A stretch of DNA of 64,000 nt. Source: Mobula hypostoma. Lineage: Eukaryota. Location of the stretch: assembly GCF_963921235.1 (NCBI RefSeq), contig NC_086097.1:15314001-15378000 (forward strand), read 5' to 3'. The position numbers were made by a program, and so were the translations under genes. How positions within the stretch are numbered: the first letter of the stretch is position 1; each line of letters starts with the position of its first letter. This document shows, one piece after another, positions 39,376 through 53,100 of this stretch. A model generated the notes under the pieces. It was not told the origin of the DNA. It was given only the letters and a program-made list of their open reading frames with translations, and did not search any database.

Positions 39376-39968
39376 AGTAGGTTGAAAAACAAACAAATAA
39401 AAAAGTACTGAGGTAATTTATTGATATATATAACTTCGCACTATATTGCCATTGCAAAACAACACATTTCATGTCATATAACAGTGATAATACATCAGAT
39501 AAAAGATCGTGTTCTGATTCTGATGGTCAAGTAATGCCCCTGCAGTACAATGATACTAGCTAAATGGACGTGGTAAAGATATGGCATCTTTGGGAAACAG
39601 AGTGATTATTAACTAGATCGTGGTAACCAATCCAAATGCTCCCTTTTGCAAGAAAGAATTAGCTGAAGTATGACAACATGACATAAACTGGGCTACAGAT
39701 GTACAAAGCAATTTAACATCAGATCTCGGTGAACAGGATGACGTGCAAACTATAAAGGATGAACATACTGATGGATTGTAAGTAGGGCATGAATATTTCA
39801 ATTTTTTATTTTTAGGACACTCCAGGGAATCTTTTCTTCAGTTTTTAATCATTGTTAAGCAAAATAGGATATTTTTGGTTATTAAAAGCTTAAAGCACAG
39901 TCATTAACTTTCCATTCTTACAGTGAATTATAATAAAATAGGTAATGTGTAAAAGATTATGCTTTAAA

Positions 39969-40095
39969 CACAATCTGCAGACTCTGGGAATCCAGAATAA
40001 CACACACAAACTGCTGGAGGAACTCAACAGGCAAGGCAGCATCTATGGAGAGGAATAAAGGGTCAATGTTTTGGGCTAAGACCCTTCATCAGACT
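39969..40095 (-). mobile_element. Short hammerhead-headed PLE tail
   Basis: Flanks tatgctttaaa / tatgttttaaa; motif agtCTGATGAagggtcttagcccaaaacattgac. Confidence 0.7.
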
Positions 40096-41685
40096 ATGTT
40101 TTAAATTGCATTTACAAAATTATCTATAGCCTTCCATGTTTTTTACACTCCCATGTCTTCAGCCTGCCAGCATGGGTTTCGCAGTCACACCGTGGATCAG
40201 AGTATTCTACCATGTGTCTACAAACAAATATGACTGATCAGCTGCCAGAGCACAGTCCGGATTCTGAAAGCCACATTCTTAAACTAATAGGCAGGGCTGC
40301 CATTGCAAAATGCATTGGCAGTAGAGGTGCACAAAGAAAATAAGCAGGGCTCTCTTTTTCTTTGGTCGAAATGGAAAATTCAAGTCCTAATTAAGAGCAG
40401 CTAGTGAGTACATTGTCCCCAGCAGTGATAATATTTCCACGCTTTTAAACCCAGAGTCAGGGCAGAGGACCAAACCTAGTGATTTTTATACTTCCACAAC
40501 CACAGTGAGAAAGATTGCATCCATTTGTAAAGCGTCTAATGCTCATGCTATGTTTTAGTGCACCTAACTTGTAATTTGGGATTCCTTATTGGACTTACAC
40601 CTTTGCATTTTTCTTGCTATTCTTTGCAGGAATTATTGCGTGAGAGAAAATAGCATCTGAAAGGGCCCCCAGTTCCCACAGTTTTTTGTTCACATGGTTC
40701 CCTCCTTTACTCCTCAAAGATTAAGTGAGAGCTCAGGCCCTCGAGAGCAAGCTTTAAACATTGTTAACTCCTGATCAATACCACATTTCAATGCAGAGAA
40801 ATCCTGCAAGTAGCAAATCAATTCTTATTTACTCTCGTTACACTGAACTCATGAAGGCACAGGATAGTGTCTAATTAGTTACGCTTCCATTTCTCTGCCA
40901 GCGGTACTCTAAGTGTTACCAGGGCAACACACAACCATCTTCGTCTGCAATGCTCGCAAGGGCTTGTAAAAGACCAAACAAAATTGTTCAGGTTTCCATC
41001 TGAAATACCATCCTTCCTTCGAACGCAGAACTAATATAAAGGCAGAACACAGACAGTAATACCAGGAGTTTGATTTATTTAGGTACAATGATTTATATTT
41101 AGTTACTCCCAAGAGTATAAATGGTTTATTTTGAGATTGCAACTCCCTAAGATTCTAACTGCTACAGAAAATTTCTCGGCAAATTAATTTAATTTAAACA
41201 AACGCAGTGTAATGACCCATTACAGAGGTCATGATACTAAACAGTGCACACAAATTCTTGCTTTACTCCAGACTCAAATCATCAGGAGGGATAAATTGAT
41301 CCTCAGAAATGTATCGCACAACTGCAGATTTCTCAGCTACAGGTCTGTGCCAGCTCTTTGTTAAAACAATTTAAATTAAATCCACTGATCTGCCATTTTT
41401 CTACAGCCTTGTACCTGGCGGGGTTTCAGATAATACTGAACTCTGGGAATGTTGAACTGCTGGCGGGGGACTCCTTTTGCACGAGCAAGGGCAATGAGGC
41501 AAGTTGGAGTTCCTAAAAAAAGCATGCTCAAAGTAAATATATTGTCCAAGTTACCTGGAGATTCATTTTCTTGCAGGCGTTTACAGGAAAAAAAAATGAA
41601 ATACAGTGAAACTTTGTGCAAAACTATACATAAGCAAAGACTGACAATGTGCAAAAGAAGACAAATTGTGCAAATAAAAGAACTG

Positions 41686-41945
41686 TATGTAGTGGTTAGC
41701 ACAACACTTTACGGTACCAGTAACCCAGGTTCAATTCCCACATTGTCCCTGAGGACCGTGTGGTTTCCTCCAGATGCTCCGGTTTCCTCCCACAGCCCAA
41801 AGATGTACCAACTGGTAGGTTAGTTGGTCATTTTAAGTTGTTTTGTGATTAATCTAGGATTAAATTGGGGGATTGCTGGACAGCGCGGCTTGGAGGACCA
41901 GAAGGGCCTACTCTGTCGTGTATCTCAATCAATCAATAAATAAAT
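41686..41945 (+). mobile_element. V-SINE-like element
   Basis: A-box 'gtagtggttagc', B-box 'ggttcaattcc' and conserved body. Confidence 0.8.
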
Positions 41946-42009
41946 ACTGAGAACATGAGTTGTAAAGAGTCCTTGAAAGTAAGTCTGTAAGTTGTAGAAC
42001 CAGTTCAGG

Positions 42010-42145
42010 GACACAAGAGATTCTGCAGATGCTGGAAATCCAGAGCAATAAACACAAAATGCTGGAGGAACTTAGCAGGTCAGGCAGCATCTATGGAAGG
42101 GAATAAACAGTTGATGTTTCAAGCTGATACCCTTTATCAGGTCTA
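42010..42145 (-). mobile_element. Short PLE tail with decayed hammerhead motif
   Basis: Tail consensus plus 'gttgatgtttcaagctgataccctttatcagg'. Confidence 0.7.
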
Positions 42146-42460
42146 GTCTTTGCTCTCTTTTTTCACTACCTTTTTAAATTTCTCATTGTAACTTACAGTA
42201 AGTTTTATGTCTTACACTGTACTTGAGCTAAATTTCATGACATATGTCAGTGATAATAAACATGATTCTGATTCAATTCACTCCCTCTCATCCCTCCACA
42301 AAGAATAAGTGAAGTTATTCCTTCTTGCAAAATCGCTCAAGCTGTGCCATGTTAGCTGGGGAGTGGTGATGGACAGTAACCTTCAGGTCGTACCAGAGAT
42401 GTTCAATCGGGATAAAGTCAGGACTCTGACTGGGCCACTCAAGGACATCAATTTTCTTCA

Positions 42461-42721
<261 letters not shown>

Positions 42722-43123
42722 CTACCACACGTACCGCTTAGTGATAAGGCTGAAAAGTCTCATCCAACCACAAGACCTTCTTCCACATCTTTATAGTATC
42801 TAAGTGGCACTTTGCAAAGTCTTTACAGGCAAATACATGATTTTTTTTTGGCCTGGGCTACTTCCTTGTCGGTCTTCCATAAATACCCTTTTCATGCAAG
42901 GTCTTAGAGATTGTAGAGCTATGAATTTCATCTCCAATTACAACCACTGACTTCTGCAGCTCAGACTGACTGTTGGTGTCAAAGTATCCTCTCTTACAAA
43001 TACCATTCTTCTCCGGCGACTAAGTTTAGAGGGGCGGCCTGACTTAGGCAGTATGGCTGTGGTTTCATATTTTTTACACTTTTTCATGATGGACTGCACT
43101 GAGCTCCAAGGTGTGTTCAGTGT

Positions 43124-43161
43124 TAGTCCTGACGAAGGGTCTCGGCCTGAAACGTCGACTG
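43124..43161 (+). ncRNA. Intact minimal hammerhead ribozyme motif in a 93-bp insertion (43123-43215)
   Basis: tagtc-CTGACGA-agggtctcggcct-GAAACGTC-gactg; TSD tcagtg at 43117-43122 and 43216-43221; predicted cleavage 3' of C43156. Confidence 0.8.
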
Positions 43162-43241
43162 CACCTCTTCCTAGAGATGCTGCCTGGCCTGCTGCGTTCA
43201 CCAGCAACTTTTATGTCAGTGCCTTTGAGATGGTTTTGTAC

Positions 43242-44220
43242 TAATATTTAATATATATTAATGACTTAGACGAGGGAATTAAATGCAGCATCTCCAAGTT
43301 TGCGGATGACACGAAGCTGGGCGGCAGTGTTAGCTGTGAGGAAGATGCTAAGAGGATGCAGGATGACTTGGATAGGTTAGGTGAGTGGGCAAATTCACGG
43401 CAAATGCAAGTTAATGTGGATAAATGTGAGGTTATCCACTTTGGTGGCAAGAACAGGAAAACAAATTATTATCTGAATGGTGGCCGATTAGGAAAAGGGG
43501 AGGTGCAGCGAGACCTGGGTGTCATTATACACCAGTCATTGAAAGTGGGCATGCAGGTACAGCAGGCGGTGAAAAAGGCGAATGGTATGCTGGCATTTAT
43601 AGCTAGAGGATTCGAGTACAGGAGCAGGGAGGTACTACTGCAGTTGTACAAGGCCTTGGTGAGACCACACCTGGAGTATTGTGTGCAGTTTTGGTCCCCT
43701 AATCTGAGGAAAGACATTCTTGCCATAGAGGGAGTACAAAGAAGGTTCACCAGATTGATTCCTGGGATGGCAGGACTTTCATATGATGAAAGACTGGATC
43801 GACTAGGCTTGTACTCTCTGGAATTTAGAAGATTGAGGAGGGATCCGATTGAAACGTATAAAATTCTAAAGGGATTGGACAGGTTAGATGCAGGAAGATT
43901 GTTCCCAATGTTGGGGAAGTCCAGAACGAGGGGTCACAGTTTGAGGATAAAGGGGAAGCCTTTTAGGACCGAGATGAGGAAAAACTACTTCACACAGAGA
44001 GTGGTGAATCTGTGGAATTCTCTGCCACAGGAAACAGTTGAGGCCAGTTCATTGGCTATATTTAAGAGGGAGTTAGATAAGGCCCTTGTGGCTAAAGGGA
44101 TCGGGGGTATGGAGGGAAGGCAGGTACAGGGTTCTGAGTTGGATGATCAGCCATGAATGGCGGTGCAGGCTCGAAGGGCCGAATGACCTACTCCTGCACC
44201 AGTTTTCTATGTTTCTATGT
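43242..44220 (+). mobile_element. Young CR1 3' fragment, same subfamily as 3363-5370
   Basis: KFADDTKLGG..RPHLEYCVQFWSP..TQRVVNLWNSLP and (TTTCTATG)n tail. Confidence 0.95.
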
Positions 44221-45676
44221 GCTGAGCTCTGAGGTGTGTTCAGTGCCTTTGAGATGGTTTTGTACCCCTTCCCCAGATTTGTGCTTCCCTATTACCATTT
44301 CCCTGACTTGCCCTGAATGCGTTTGTCTTCATGTTGGCTTAGTCTGTAGAAAATCTACCATACTTTTGGACCTTAAAGAGAGAGGGAGTGTTTATTCAGA
44401 TGATCCTCCAATTTTCTACATCAACATTTGGGTGACTTGGTAAGGTAATATACAGTATTGCACCTATGGCCTGTTTACAGCCGCCCAAAAGAGCGGCGTT
44501 GGAGTCAGTGCGCTCCAGTGGAGGTGGTGTGGTGCGGTGTCCAAGCTGGAGTTGATGCTGCCCCCAGTATTGCATTCAATTGCAGACTGTTGCAACATTC
44601 ATGGACTCAGGGTCTTGGAGTATATATTTTTTGTGTGATTCTTTATTATTGATATCTTATATGTGTTACTGTATGTGCCTTGAGCTGTGTGTGACTTCTG
44701 GTACTGTGTTTTGCCCCTTTGCGCTGGAGGAATGCTGTTTCATTTGGCTGTGTTCACGTGTACGGATAAATGACAATTAAACTTGAACTTGATCCTAAGG
44801 TAAATTAGCATAGTAATTATAAAGGTGATGAATGCTTTTTCAGCCTCACAATTTTGGTTTTTAATTTTCAGTAAATTGTTGACAGGTTTTGGAATTTTTC
44901 TTTTGATTTGACAAGTTGCACAATGTTTAGTAGATTAGCTCAAACAATGCTTCAATCCATTTTAAATTTAGGAAATGAGACAGTAAAATACAAAAATAGT
45001 TGTGGGGGCTGAATACTCGCACTGTAATCCAACCACTGAACACGCTGTTTGTGAAACCACTGATCATTCAATACTGATGCTGGGTTCTTTGTTCAGCCCA
45101 GAATTGTTAGATTGTGGTAATCAGAGTTGTATTCAAATAGATCCAGCACACACAAGTCTGGTCTTGATCTTCCCACACAATGTTTACTACCATTGTAACT
45201 GGAGTCAATTTATAAATTATTTGGGAATGAGCTGCTATTTTCATATGGTTCAGTCAATCCCTCCTCCAGTTTGTTCTTTCCTTCATTTCAAAGACTAAAG
45301 ATCAGCTTTATTAATTACACGCACTTCGAAACATAGAGTGAAGTGCATCATTTGCGTCGTCAGATCAGCGAAGATTGCACTGAGCAGCCCATGAGTGTGA
45401 CCAGTTAGGTCATTAACTCAAAAAGGGCAGCATGGTAGCATAGTGCAATGCTTTACAGTGCCAACTGTAAGAGTGGGGTTCGATTCTTGCTGCTGCCTGC
45501 AAGCAGTGTACATGTTCTTCCTGCGACTATGTAGGCTTCCTCTCACGTTCCAAAGACGTACCGTTAAGGGTAGGGGGTTGCAGGCACTGGTGCCAGCAGC
45601 TTACTGACACGTGCAGGCTGCTCAGCACAACCCTCATTGATTTGACATTTCACAGTATGTTTCAATGTACATTTCA

Positions 45677-46221
45677 AATACCTGGGGTTACAAATTGACA
45701 ATAAACTGGACTGGTCAAAGAACACCAAGGCTGTCTACAAGAAGGGTCAGAGCCGTCTCTATTTCCTGAGGAGACTGAGGTCCTTTAACATCTGCCGGAC
45801 GATGCTGAGGATGTTCTACGAGTCTGTGGTGGCCAGTGCGATCATGTTTGTTGTTGTGTGCTGGGGCAGCAGGCTGAGGGTAGCAGACACCAACAGAATC
45901 AACAAACTCATTCGTAAGGCCAGAGATGTTGTGGGGATGGAACTGGACTCTCTCACGGTGGCGTCTGAAAAGAGAATGTTGTCCTAGTTGCATGCCATCT
46001 TGGTCAATGTCTCCCATCCACTACATAAAGTACTGGGTGGGCACAGGAGTACATTCAGCCAGAGACTCATTCCACCGAGATGCAACACAGAGCGTCATAG
46101 GAAGCCATTCCTGCCTGCGGCCATCAAACTTTTACTACTTAATTATTTATGGTGCAACTGTAACGAAAACCAATTTTCCCCGGGATCAATAAAGTATGAC
46201 TATGACTATGACTATGACTAC
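45677..46221 (+). mobile_element. Rex1/Babar LINE 3' fragment inserted in the tail of a SINE (about 45425-46250)
   Basis: KYLGLQIDNKLDWSKNTKAVYKKGQSRLYFLRRLRSF..FYESVVASAI..CWG and (tatgac)n tail. Confidence 0.85.
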
Positions 46222-48111
46222 TATTTGACAAATAAAAATAATCTTAATCTTAATATTTTAAGCTAACCTGTTTCAACAATGTTAGTTAAGCACAATTGCT
46301 GGTCATTTGAACAGAGAGAATTCACATGGTGATTGCTCATGAGGAGAGAAGGATATTCTGTTTAATACCACAGCTGAAAGAAGACATCGTCTTCAACAGT
46401 GCATCAGTTTGGAGTTTGTGCGATGTATTGTGCAATGTCCCTACAGTGGCAGTGTAGAGCAATGGTCAACACATTAGCCGCACTAGAGCCCCACAGAATG
46501 ATTAACTGCTGCATTATAGTTATATTTGTTGTGAGATTACTATGAATAATTTCAGTAAAAATGGGTGACTCTTCCAGAGTGCTTGAAGTCTAGGTTTCAA
46601 TATCTTTCAGGCACAGCTTGTCCAACACTCTCCCACTCCCATCCAGGACAAGGCTATGCAGCATCCGTGCCAGGACCATCAGACTTAAAAACAGTTACTG
46701 TCACGTCACCAAAGATCTCCACCTACTAACTCAGCCCTCCACACCACCCACCACTAACACATTATCCAGCCACCTGACATGCAGACACTGCTGCGTCTAG
46801 TGTCACTTCATGAACATATGTGCTTATGCTATCTTATGTACTTAAATTTATTGTATTTTTTTTATCATTCTGTTCTTTATGCAATTGTGTTTCTTTTGGT
46901 GCTACATCAGATCCAGAGTAACAACTGTTTTGTTCTTTAAACTTGTGTACAGGAAGTGATATTGAACAATATTGAATCATAAATCTTGACTTGCTTTTAC
47001 TTTCCTATGTTTCTGTTCAGACCAATGCCAGGCAGATTAGGCAGCACTGGCAATTCATTCAGAATCTGCTAAACTGTGAAGAATCACCACAAATTACAGT
47101 GTGCAGAATCAGGGTCTGGTAACTGTGCACTGCTGTGTAAAGGTACCAAAAAGACTGGGGGGGGTCAGATGCCCGTGTAACTGACATCCCAGTGTACCAC
47201 TGCATCCAGTGCAGTCCTCACTGCTAAAGAGACCGGATAGGGTTCCAGCCCTTTGCCTCCAGTGTGACCCCAATCATCTAAATGGAGTCACTCTTCTTCA
47301 TTAGAAAGGCAAGTAAACCTGTTACTTTGTTTTACTTAAATATAAATTAATTTACAGGAGTGCATTTTAACATATATTTGTAATTTCTGAATGCATGTAA
47401 TAACTGCTCCTGTGTGAAAACTATTCAGTACTTTCTGCTAAGGTTTGATAGATCCCTTTAAATAATGTCAGTACATCCGACAGCATTGCAGCATTAAATA
47501 CCTGAACATCTATAAGGGAAGCTTACACCGAAATTTTGTATAAAGACAGAATTAACACTAAAATAAATTATTTAATTGAGAAAACATTAATTGATGTTTT
47601 ATTATTATTCTGAAGTCAGTGATTCAGTGATGTTGCTGTTCCATTCATAGCTGCAAGGGATAAACAAGATGCTCCAAATGGTGTATGGAAATACTTTCGA
47701 CAGCCTGCCACAACTTCCGGAGTTCACTGAGAACATGCCAGAGATACCGACTGTTGCAGACTGGAGACGGCAGCAAAGTGGAAATAGCCCCCAGCCATCC
47801 CACTTTGGGAATTCTTTCCTTCGCTACTGTTGGGATCATCAATTCCACCGTGACTGCTGATTCAAGATCAAGCAGCACATTCTATGCATCTGTTTTCTTT
47901 GACAGATCTGGCTCACTGGAGCTGCATTGAAACACAAGAAGCAAACTGTGCCATTCTAATAAGGAATCATGTGACAACTGGTCCACCTGGGCACATCACT
48001 CCCCTACCGACCCAAGAAGATGGCTTTTAGAAAATGAGAGAGGGTTGGAGTTAGCAATCAGTGACTGCATTATCAATGTCATAAACAAGTTAAAACAAGC
48101 ACCTTAATGCC

Positions 48112-48450
48112 TCCTCCATGAGGATCAATGCCTTGTCATTGGGTTTGGAGACTTGCGAGCCTCAATGACCCACAGATCTATGTTGGTTGGAGTCAGGGCT
48201 TTATGCTTTGGTTCTTGGTAGGGTCACCCATGCCAAACAGGTCAAAGGGTAGAGGCCAGACTAAGAGTGGTCCACCGGTCCTCCAGGCTTGGAGATTTAG
48301 TTCAGGGCTAACAACCCTGACCGATAAAACAAAATTGTTACGGAAACAGCAATGAAGAATCCTTCTACGTCTGAGTAGCCAAAGGCAGACAGAGATGGAA
48401 GACCTTCATTGTTGCCCTAAACATTAGCAAGCATAACAGGCAGTAAGTAA
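48112..48450 (+). mobile_element. Bipartite RTE-derived element
   Basis: Homologous to 30189-30582, ending 'ggcagtaagta'. Confidence 0.75.
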
Positions 48451-48543
48451 AAAAAAAACAAGTTGGAATGTTAGAGCAGAAATTGTAAAACATTACACTG
48501 TTGTCACATATATTAGGGGCATTCAAGAAAACTCTTAGATAGG

Positions 48544-49163
48544 AACATAGAACATAGAACATAGAACATAATACATAGAATAGTACAGCACAGTACAGGC
48601 CCTTCGGCCCACAATGTTGTGCCAACCCTCAAACCCTGCCTCCCATATAAGCCCCCACCTTAAATTCCTCTATATACCTGTCTAGTAGTCTCTTAAACTT
48701 CACTAGTGTATCTGCCTCTACCACTGACTCAGGCAGTGCATTCCACGCACCAACCACTCTCTGAGTAAAAAACGTTCCTCTAATATCCCCCTTGAACTTC
48801 CTACCCCTTACCTTAAAGCCATGTCCTCTTGTATTGAGCAGTGGTGCCCTGGGGAAGAGGAGCTGGCTATCCACTCTATCTATTCCTCTTATTATCTTGT
48901 ACACCTCTATCATGTCTCCTCTCATCCTCCTTCTCTCCAAAGAGTAAAGCCCTAGCTCGCTTAATCTCTGATCATAATGCATACTCTCTAAACCAGGCAG
49001 CATCCTGGTAAATCTCCTCTGTACCCTTTCCAATGCTTCCACATCCTTCCTATAGTGAGGCGACCAGAACTGGACACAGTACTCCAAGTGTGGCCTAACC
49101 AGAATTTTATAGAGCTGCATCATTACATTGTGACTCTTAAACTCTATCCCTCGACTTATGACC
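48544..49163 (-). mobile_element. Young CR1 3' fragment inside an older plus-strand CR1 end (about 48510-49290)
   Basis: Open ORF 48629-49165 (RPHLEYCVQFWSPHYRKD) and (CTATGTT)n tail. Confidence 0.9.
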
Positions 49164-49524
49164 AAGACATGGATGATAGAAAAATGGAAGGCTATGTAGG
49201 AGGGAAGGGTTAGATTGATCTTGGAGTAGGTTAAATGGCCGGCACAACATCATCGGCCAAATGGCCTGAACTGTGCCGTACCATGTTCTAAAAAAAATGT
49301 ATATTTGTACACCATTATTTTCCATCAGTCAGGGGTATTCACAGTGTAGCCTTCCTCAGCAGAATGCTCCTTGATCCTGCCAAGCTGGTAGAAGAAATGC
49401 AAAGAAACAAGGCCTACCAACTGTGATATTTCTGGCCTAGCCCATTCGAACTACACGACTCTGAAATTTGCAAAAAGGATTTTTTTTTAATTTTTGAAGC
49501 CAATATCTCCAAGGTACATGCAGG

Positions 49525-49967
49525 ATAAATGAAATATGAGGAGTATTAGATGACTCTGGGCCAGTACTCAATGGAGTTCAGAAGAATGACAGGAATCTCA
49601 TTGAAAGCTACTGAATATAGAAAGGCCTAGATAGAGTGGGCATGAACAGGATATTTCCAGTAATGAGAGCATCCAGGATCAGAAGGCATAGTCTCAGAAT
49701 AGAAGGGCGTCCCTTCAGAACTGAGATGAGGAGGAATTTCTTCAGCTGGCGGGAGAGGGAGGATCTGTGTAATCCATTACCAAAGAGGACTGTGGAAGCC
49801 AAGTCATTGGGTGTATTTAAGGCAAAGATCAATAGCATTTTGACTGGCAAGTAAGTTAAGGGTTACCAGGAAATGTAGGAAGAATGGGGTTGAGAAAAAA
49901 AAATCAACCATGGAACTGGCTCGATGGTCCAAGTGGCCTAATTCTGCTTCTATATCATATGGTCTTA
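49525..49967 (+). mobile_element. Old CR1 3' fragment
   Basis: HSLRIEGRPFRTEMRRNFF. Confidence 0.8.
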
Positions 49968-50189
49968 AGCGAAGAACGTTGATGATTAAAAGGAGTAGAC
50001 CAAATGGGCCCTCAAACTACCATTCAATAGGCTGATGGTCATACTGAGACTCTCCATCTTTCGCATGTTCTCCACATCGCTTAGTGAGGGTCCTGTATGC
50101 ATTTTGGTGGCCTTTTGCAAAGACAAGGAAAATGCCTCCAACACCTCTGTTGTGAGCTGATTATCACACCCCGGCTTCATAACATTTGC

Positions 50190-50398
50190 TGCAGTTCAGG
50201 CAGCATCTGTGGAGGGAAACGAAAAGCTGGTGATTCCGGTTGAGACCCTTTATCACAGCTGGCTGCCTCAGTCCTGATGAAGGGCCTCAGCCTAAAATGT
50301 CAGCTGTTCATTTCTCTCCGTAGATGCTGCCTGACTTGCTGAGTTTCTCCAGCAGTTTGTGTGTGTTACTCCAGATTTCCATCATCTGCAGCCTCTCT
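50190..50398. mobile_element. Inverted pair of PLE tails with decayed hammerheads
   Basis: Minus motif at about 50225-50255 and plus motif cagtcCTGATGAagggcctcagcctaaaatgtc at about 50269. Confidence 0.7.
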
Positions 50399-51371
50399 GA
50401 ATTGCTGCAGTTTGCCAGTTCTCACTGAGGTACACCTCCACAGTCCTCATGATATAATCTCAAAGCCAGAAGCCAGAGTAGCAGGGAATGGGGTGAATGG
50501 AGGGAGGGGAATAGTGTTGCAGGTTTTAGGGGGAGCATGCCTGAAGCACCAAACGCATTGGAATGTTTATGAGCAGAAAGGCCCTGCTGAGAATTGCTTC
50601 TGCACTGACCTACTCTCCCAACTACAATCCTCCTCCCCCACTCGCCAATTTTTAAATACACATTCTTTACAAATTTATTTAACGGGGGCTTTCATCAGAT
50701 GGGCGTCTTTGTTACCTAGGCCTTGTTGTATTATGAAAGCCTCTCACAGCCAGACTTTTGTGTGAAGGATCTAATACTCTCTGGGAAGTAAGATTTCCGG
50801 TGTATAAAGTTTACCACCAAACTGGGGACCACTTCACTATTGTGTGTCTGCATTGTACTCTGTTCAATCCAGGCAGCCAGTTTAACAACCAGGCAGAACC
50901 TGAGTGCCTGGTGAGATGGGACCGCTTTAAACATAAAACGGCAGAGAGGGTTTTGAAATTCGGTCCCGCCTTCCCCTCCCGAAACAATGCAAGCCGAATC
51001 CAAGAATCACATTTCAATATGTCTCATCACATCCCACTCCCTCCCATTGTATGGATTCCCTGACCCTAACTCTAACACGCTCAAGCAGGTCAGATTCTTA
51101 CAGATGCTGAATTCGTTAAGAGCCGAATCACAGATCATTCACACTCGCCTCCGAACCAGTGTTTCCACATTGTCACCTCACATCACTTTGCCTCACACCC
51201 CCACTTCCCCCCTCAATTCTTACGTAGACGCTCCACACCCCACCCCCACCCTAACAAGGTGCTGATTCTTTGCCGAGTCGTCCTCTCCTCCCATGACTCA
51301 CCCTTGTGCATATTATCCAAGTGTGAACCTCAGCGACAATCAGATCAGTCCAGTCCCACCCTCAATCTGGA

Positions 51372-51820
51372 TCAGATTCAGATTCAGCTTTAATATGTCC
51401 TGATATTTGTTGTTTTGTGGCAGCAGTACATTGCAATACACAAAAAACTATAAATTACATTAAGATATATATATATATGTGTGTGTAATGCAAAAAGAGA
51501 ACAAAAATACTGAGGAAGTGAAGTGTTCATGGGTTCATTGTGTTGTCCATTCAGAAATCTAGTGATGGAGGGGAAGAAGCTGTTTCTAAAACAATGAATG
51601 TGTGTCTTCAGGCTCCTGTACCTCCTTCCCTGATGGTAGCGATGAGAAGAGGGGATGTTCCGGGTGATGGAGGTCCTTAATGATGGATGCCACCTTGTTG
51701 AGACATCGCCTTTTGAAGATGTTCTCAATGTTTTGGAGGCCAATGCCCATGACAAAGCTGGCTGAGTTTACAACCCTCTGCAGCTTTTCTACATCCTGCA
51801 CAGAGGTCCCTCCATTCCAG
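51372..51820 (-). mobile_element. Rex1/Babar-type 3' fragment
   Basis: EKLQRVVNSASFVMG..ASIIKDLHHPEHPLFSSLPSG and (cagatt)n tail. Confidence 0.75.
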
Positions 51821-52177
51821 ATGTGTCTATGTAACCGCATTTATTAAAGTGGGTAAGAATGGTGTGAGAGAGTTGGAACCTCTGTTGGTGACTACATCAC
51901 CGATCCGTCTGTGAGGAGAAGCAATTTTCAAAAATTCCTCCCCTCCCCCAAAAGAGGCTGCTCCACCCACTGAGTTCCTCCAGGAGGTTGTTTGTTAGCT
52001 CATCTATACAAATCCCATTTTCAAAAACTTAGTCCACCTTTTACATTTGGCTAAACAAGGTGCTTCTCCAATGTCGTCAGAGTCTCTACTTCCTATTGTC
52101 CACTTAAGCCTTCAATCCAGTTTCCAAAGAAAATTCATTCTCATATTCCCTCTAAACCTCCTTCCCTTACTTTAAAT

Positions 52178-52247
52178 CAGGATTCCCAACCTGGAGTTCT
52201 CGGTTAGTGGTAGAGGCCATGGCATAAAAAAAAGTTGGGAATGTCCG
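52178..52247. mobile_element. hAT-Charlie-type MITE, second copy, inside an old CR1 fragment
   Basis: Perfect 8-bp TSD ctttaaat (52170-52177 and 52248-52255); homologous to 38716-38795. Confidence 0.8.
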
Positions 52248-52479
52248 CTTTAAATCCATACCCCCTGGGTTTAGACAAATCTGTACTCTATGTCCCTCAT
52301 AATTTATCTCTTTAGGTCCCTCTCAGCCTTGTCTGCTGCAAGGGAAACAAACCCAGTGTAACAATGGAACTTGAAATGTTAACAGCCTCTGCCTCCAGTC
52401 TTTCCTCAAACTCGTAACTCCTCATGACTGACACTCACAGGGTTAACCCAGTCATTGTATCCCACACGACATGTAATAA

Positions 52480-52679
52480 TTTGTCCCTTCCTGATAATAC
52501 GCCAATTTGTCTTGTCTTGTCCATACCGGACCAACCGCCACCGCTGGGCTGTAAATGTGCAGGAGCAATGTGTGGTTAAGTCCCTTGCTCAAGGACACAA
52601 CACGCTGCTTCAGCTGAGGCCCGAACTCGCAACCTTCAGATCGCTAGTCCAACGTCTTAACCATTTGGCCACGTGCCAA
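52480..52679 (-). mobile_element. tRNA-derived SINE with CORE-like domain
   Basis: Minus strand gives tggccaaatggttaag (A-box), gagttcgggcc (B-box), then gtgtccttgagcaagggacttaacc. Confidence 0.65.
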
Positions 52680-52728
52680 CATGTGTTCATTACATTGGAT
52701 GAGGTTCATTATAGAATTGGGTAGGATT

Positions 52729-52988
52729 AGGGCAGTATGGTAAAGTGGTGGCCACCACAATGGTTTAGAGTACGGGCAACCAGGGTTCAATTCTCGCCAC
52801 TACCTCTAAGGACTTCGTGCGTTCTCCCCGTGACTGCGTGAATTTCCTCCGGGTGCTCCTGTTTCCTCCCACAATCCAAAGATGCACCGGTTGTTAGGTT
52901 AACCAGTCATTGTAAATTGTCCCGCAGTTAGGCTGGGATTAAATCTGATGTTTGCTGGGAGCAGTATCTCTATAACTAAATAAATAAA
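52729..52988 (+). mobile_element. V-SINE-like element
   Basis: B-box and body 'ttctccccgtgactgcgtg..tttcctccgggtgctcc..cccacaatccaaaga'. Confidence 0.8.
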
Positions 52989-52992
52989 GTTG

Positions 52993-53033
52993 GAGAGAAA
53001 GAAAGACAGAGAAAAAGAACCGAGAGAGGCAGA

Positions 53034-53066
<33 letters not shown>

Positions 53067-53100
53067 TGAGAGAGGCAGATAGAGAGAGACAAAGAGACAG
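52993..53100. repeat. (GA)n microsatellite, imperfect
   Basis: Direct reading. Confidence 0.9.

Noticed and set aside
47645..47930. Overlapping short ORFs after a possible acceptor
   Set aside because: No frame resembles a protein I can identify.
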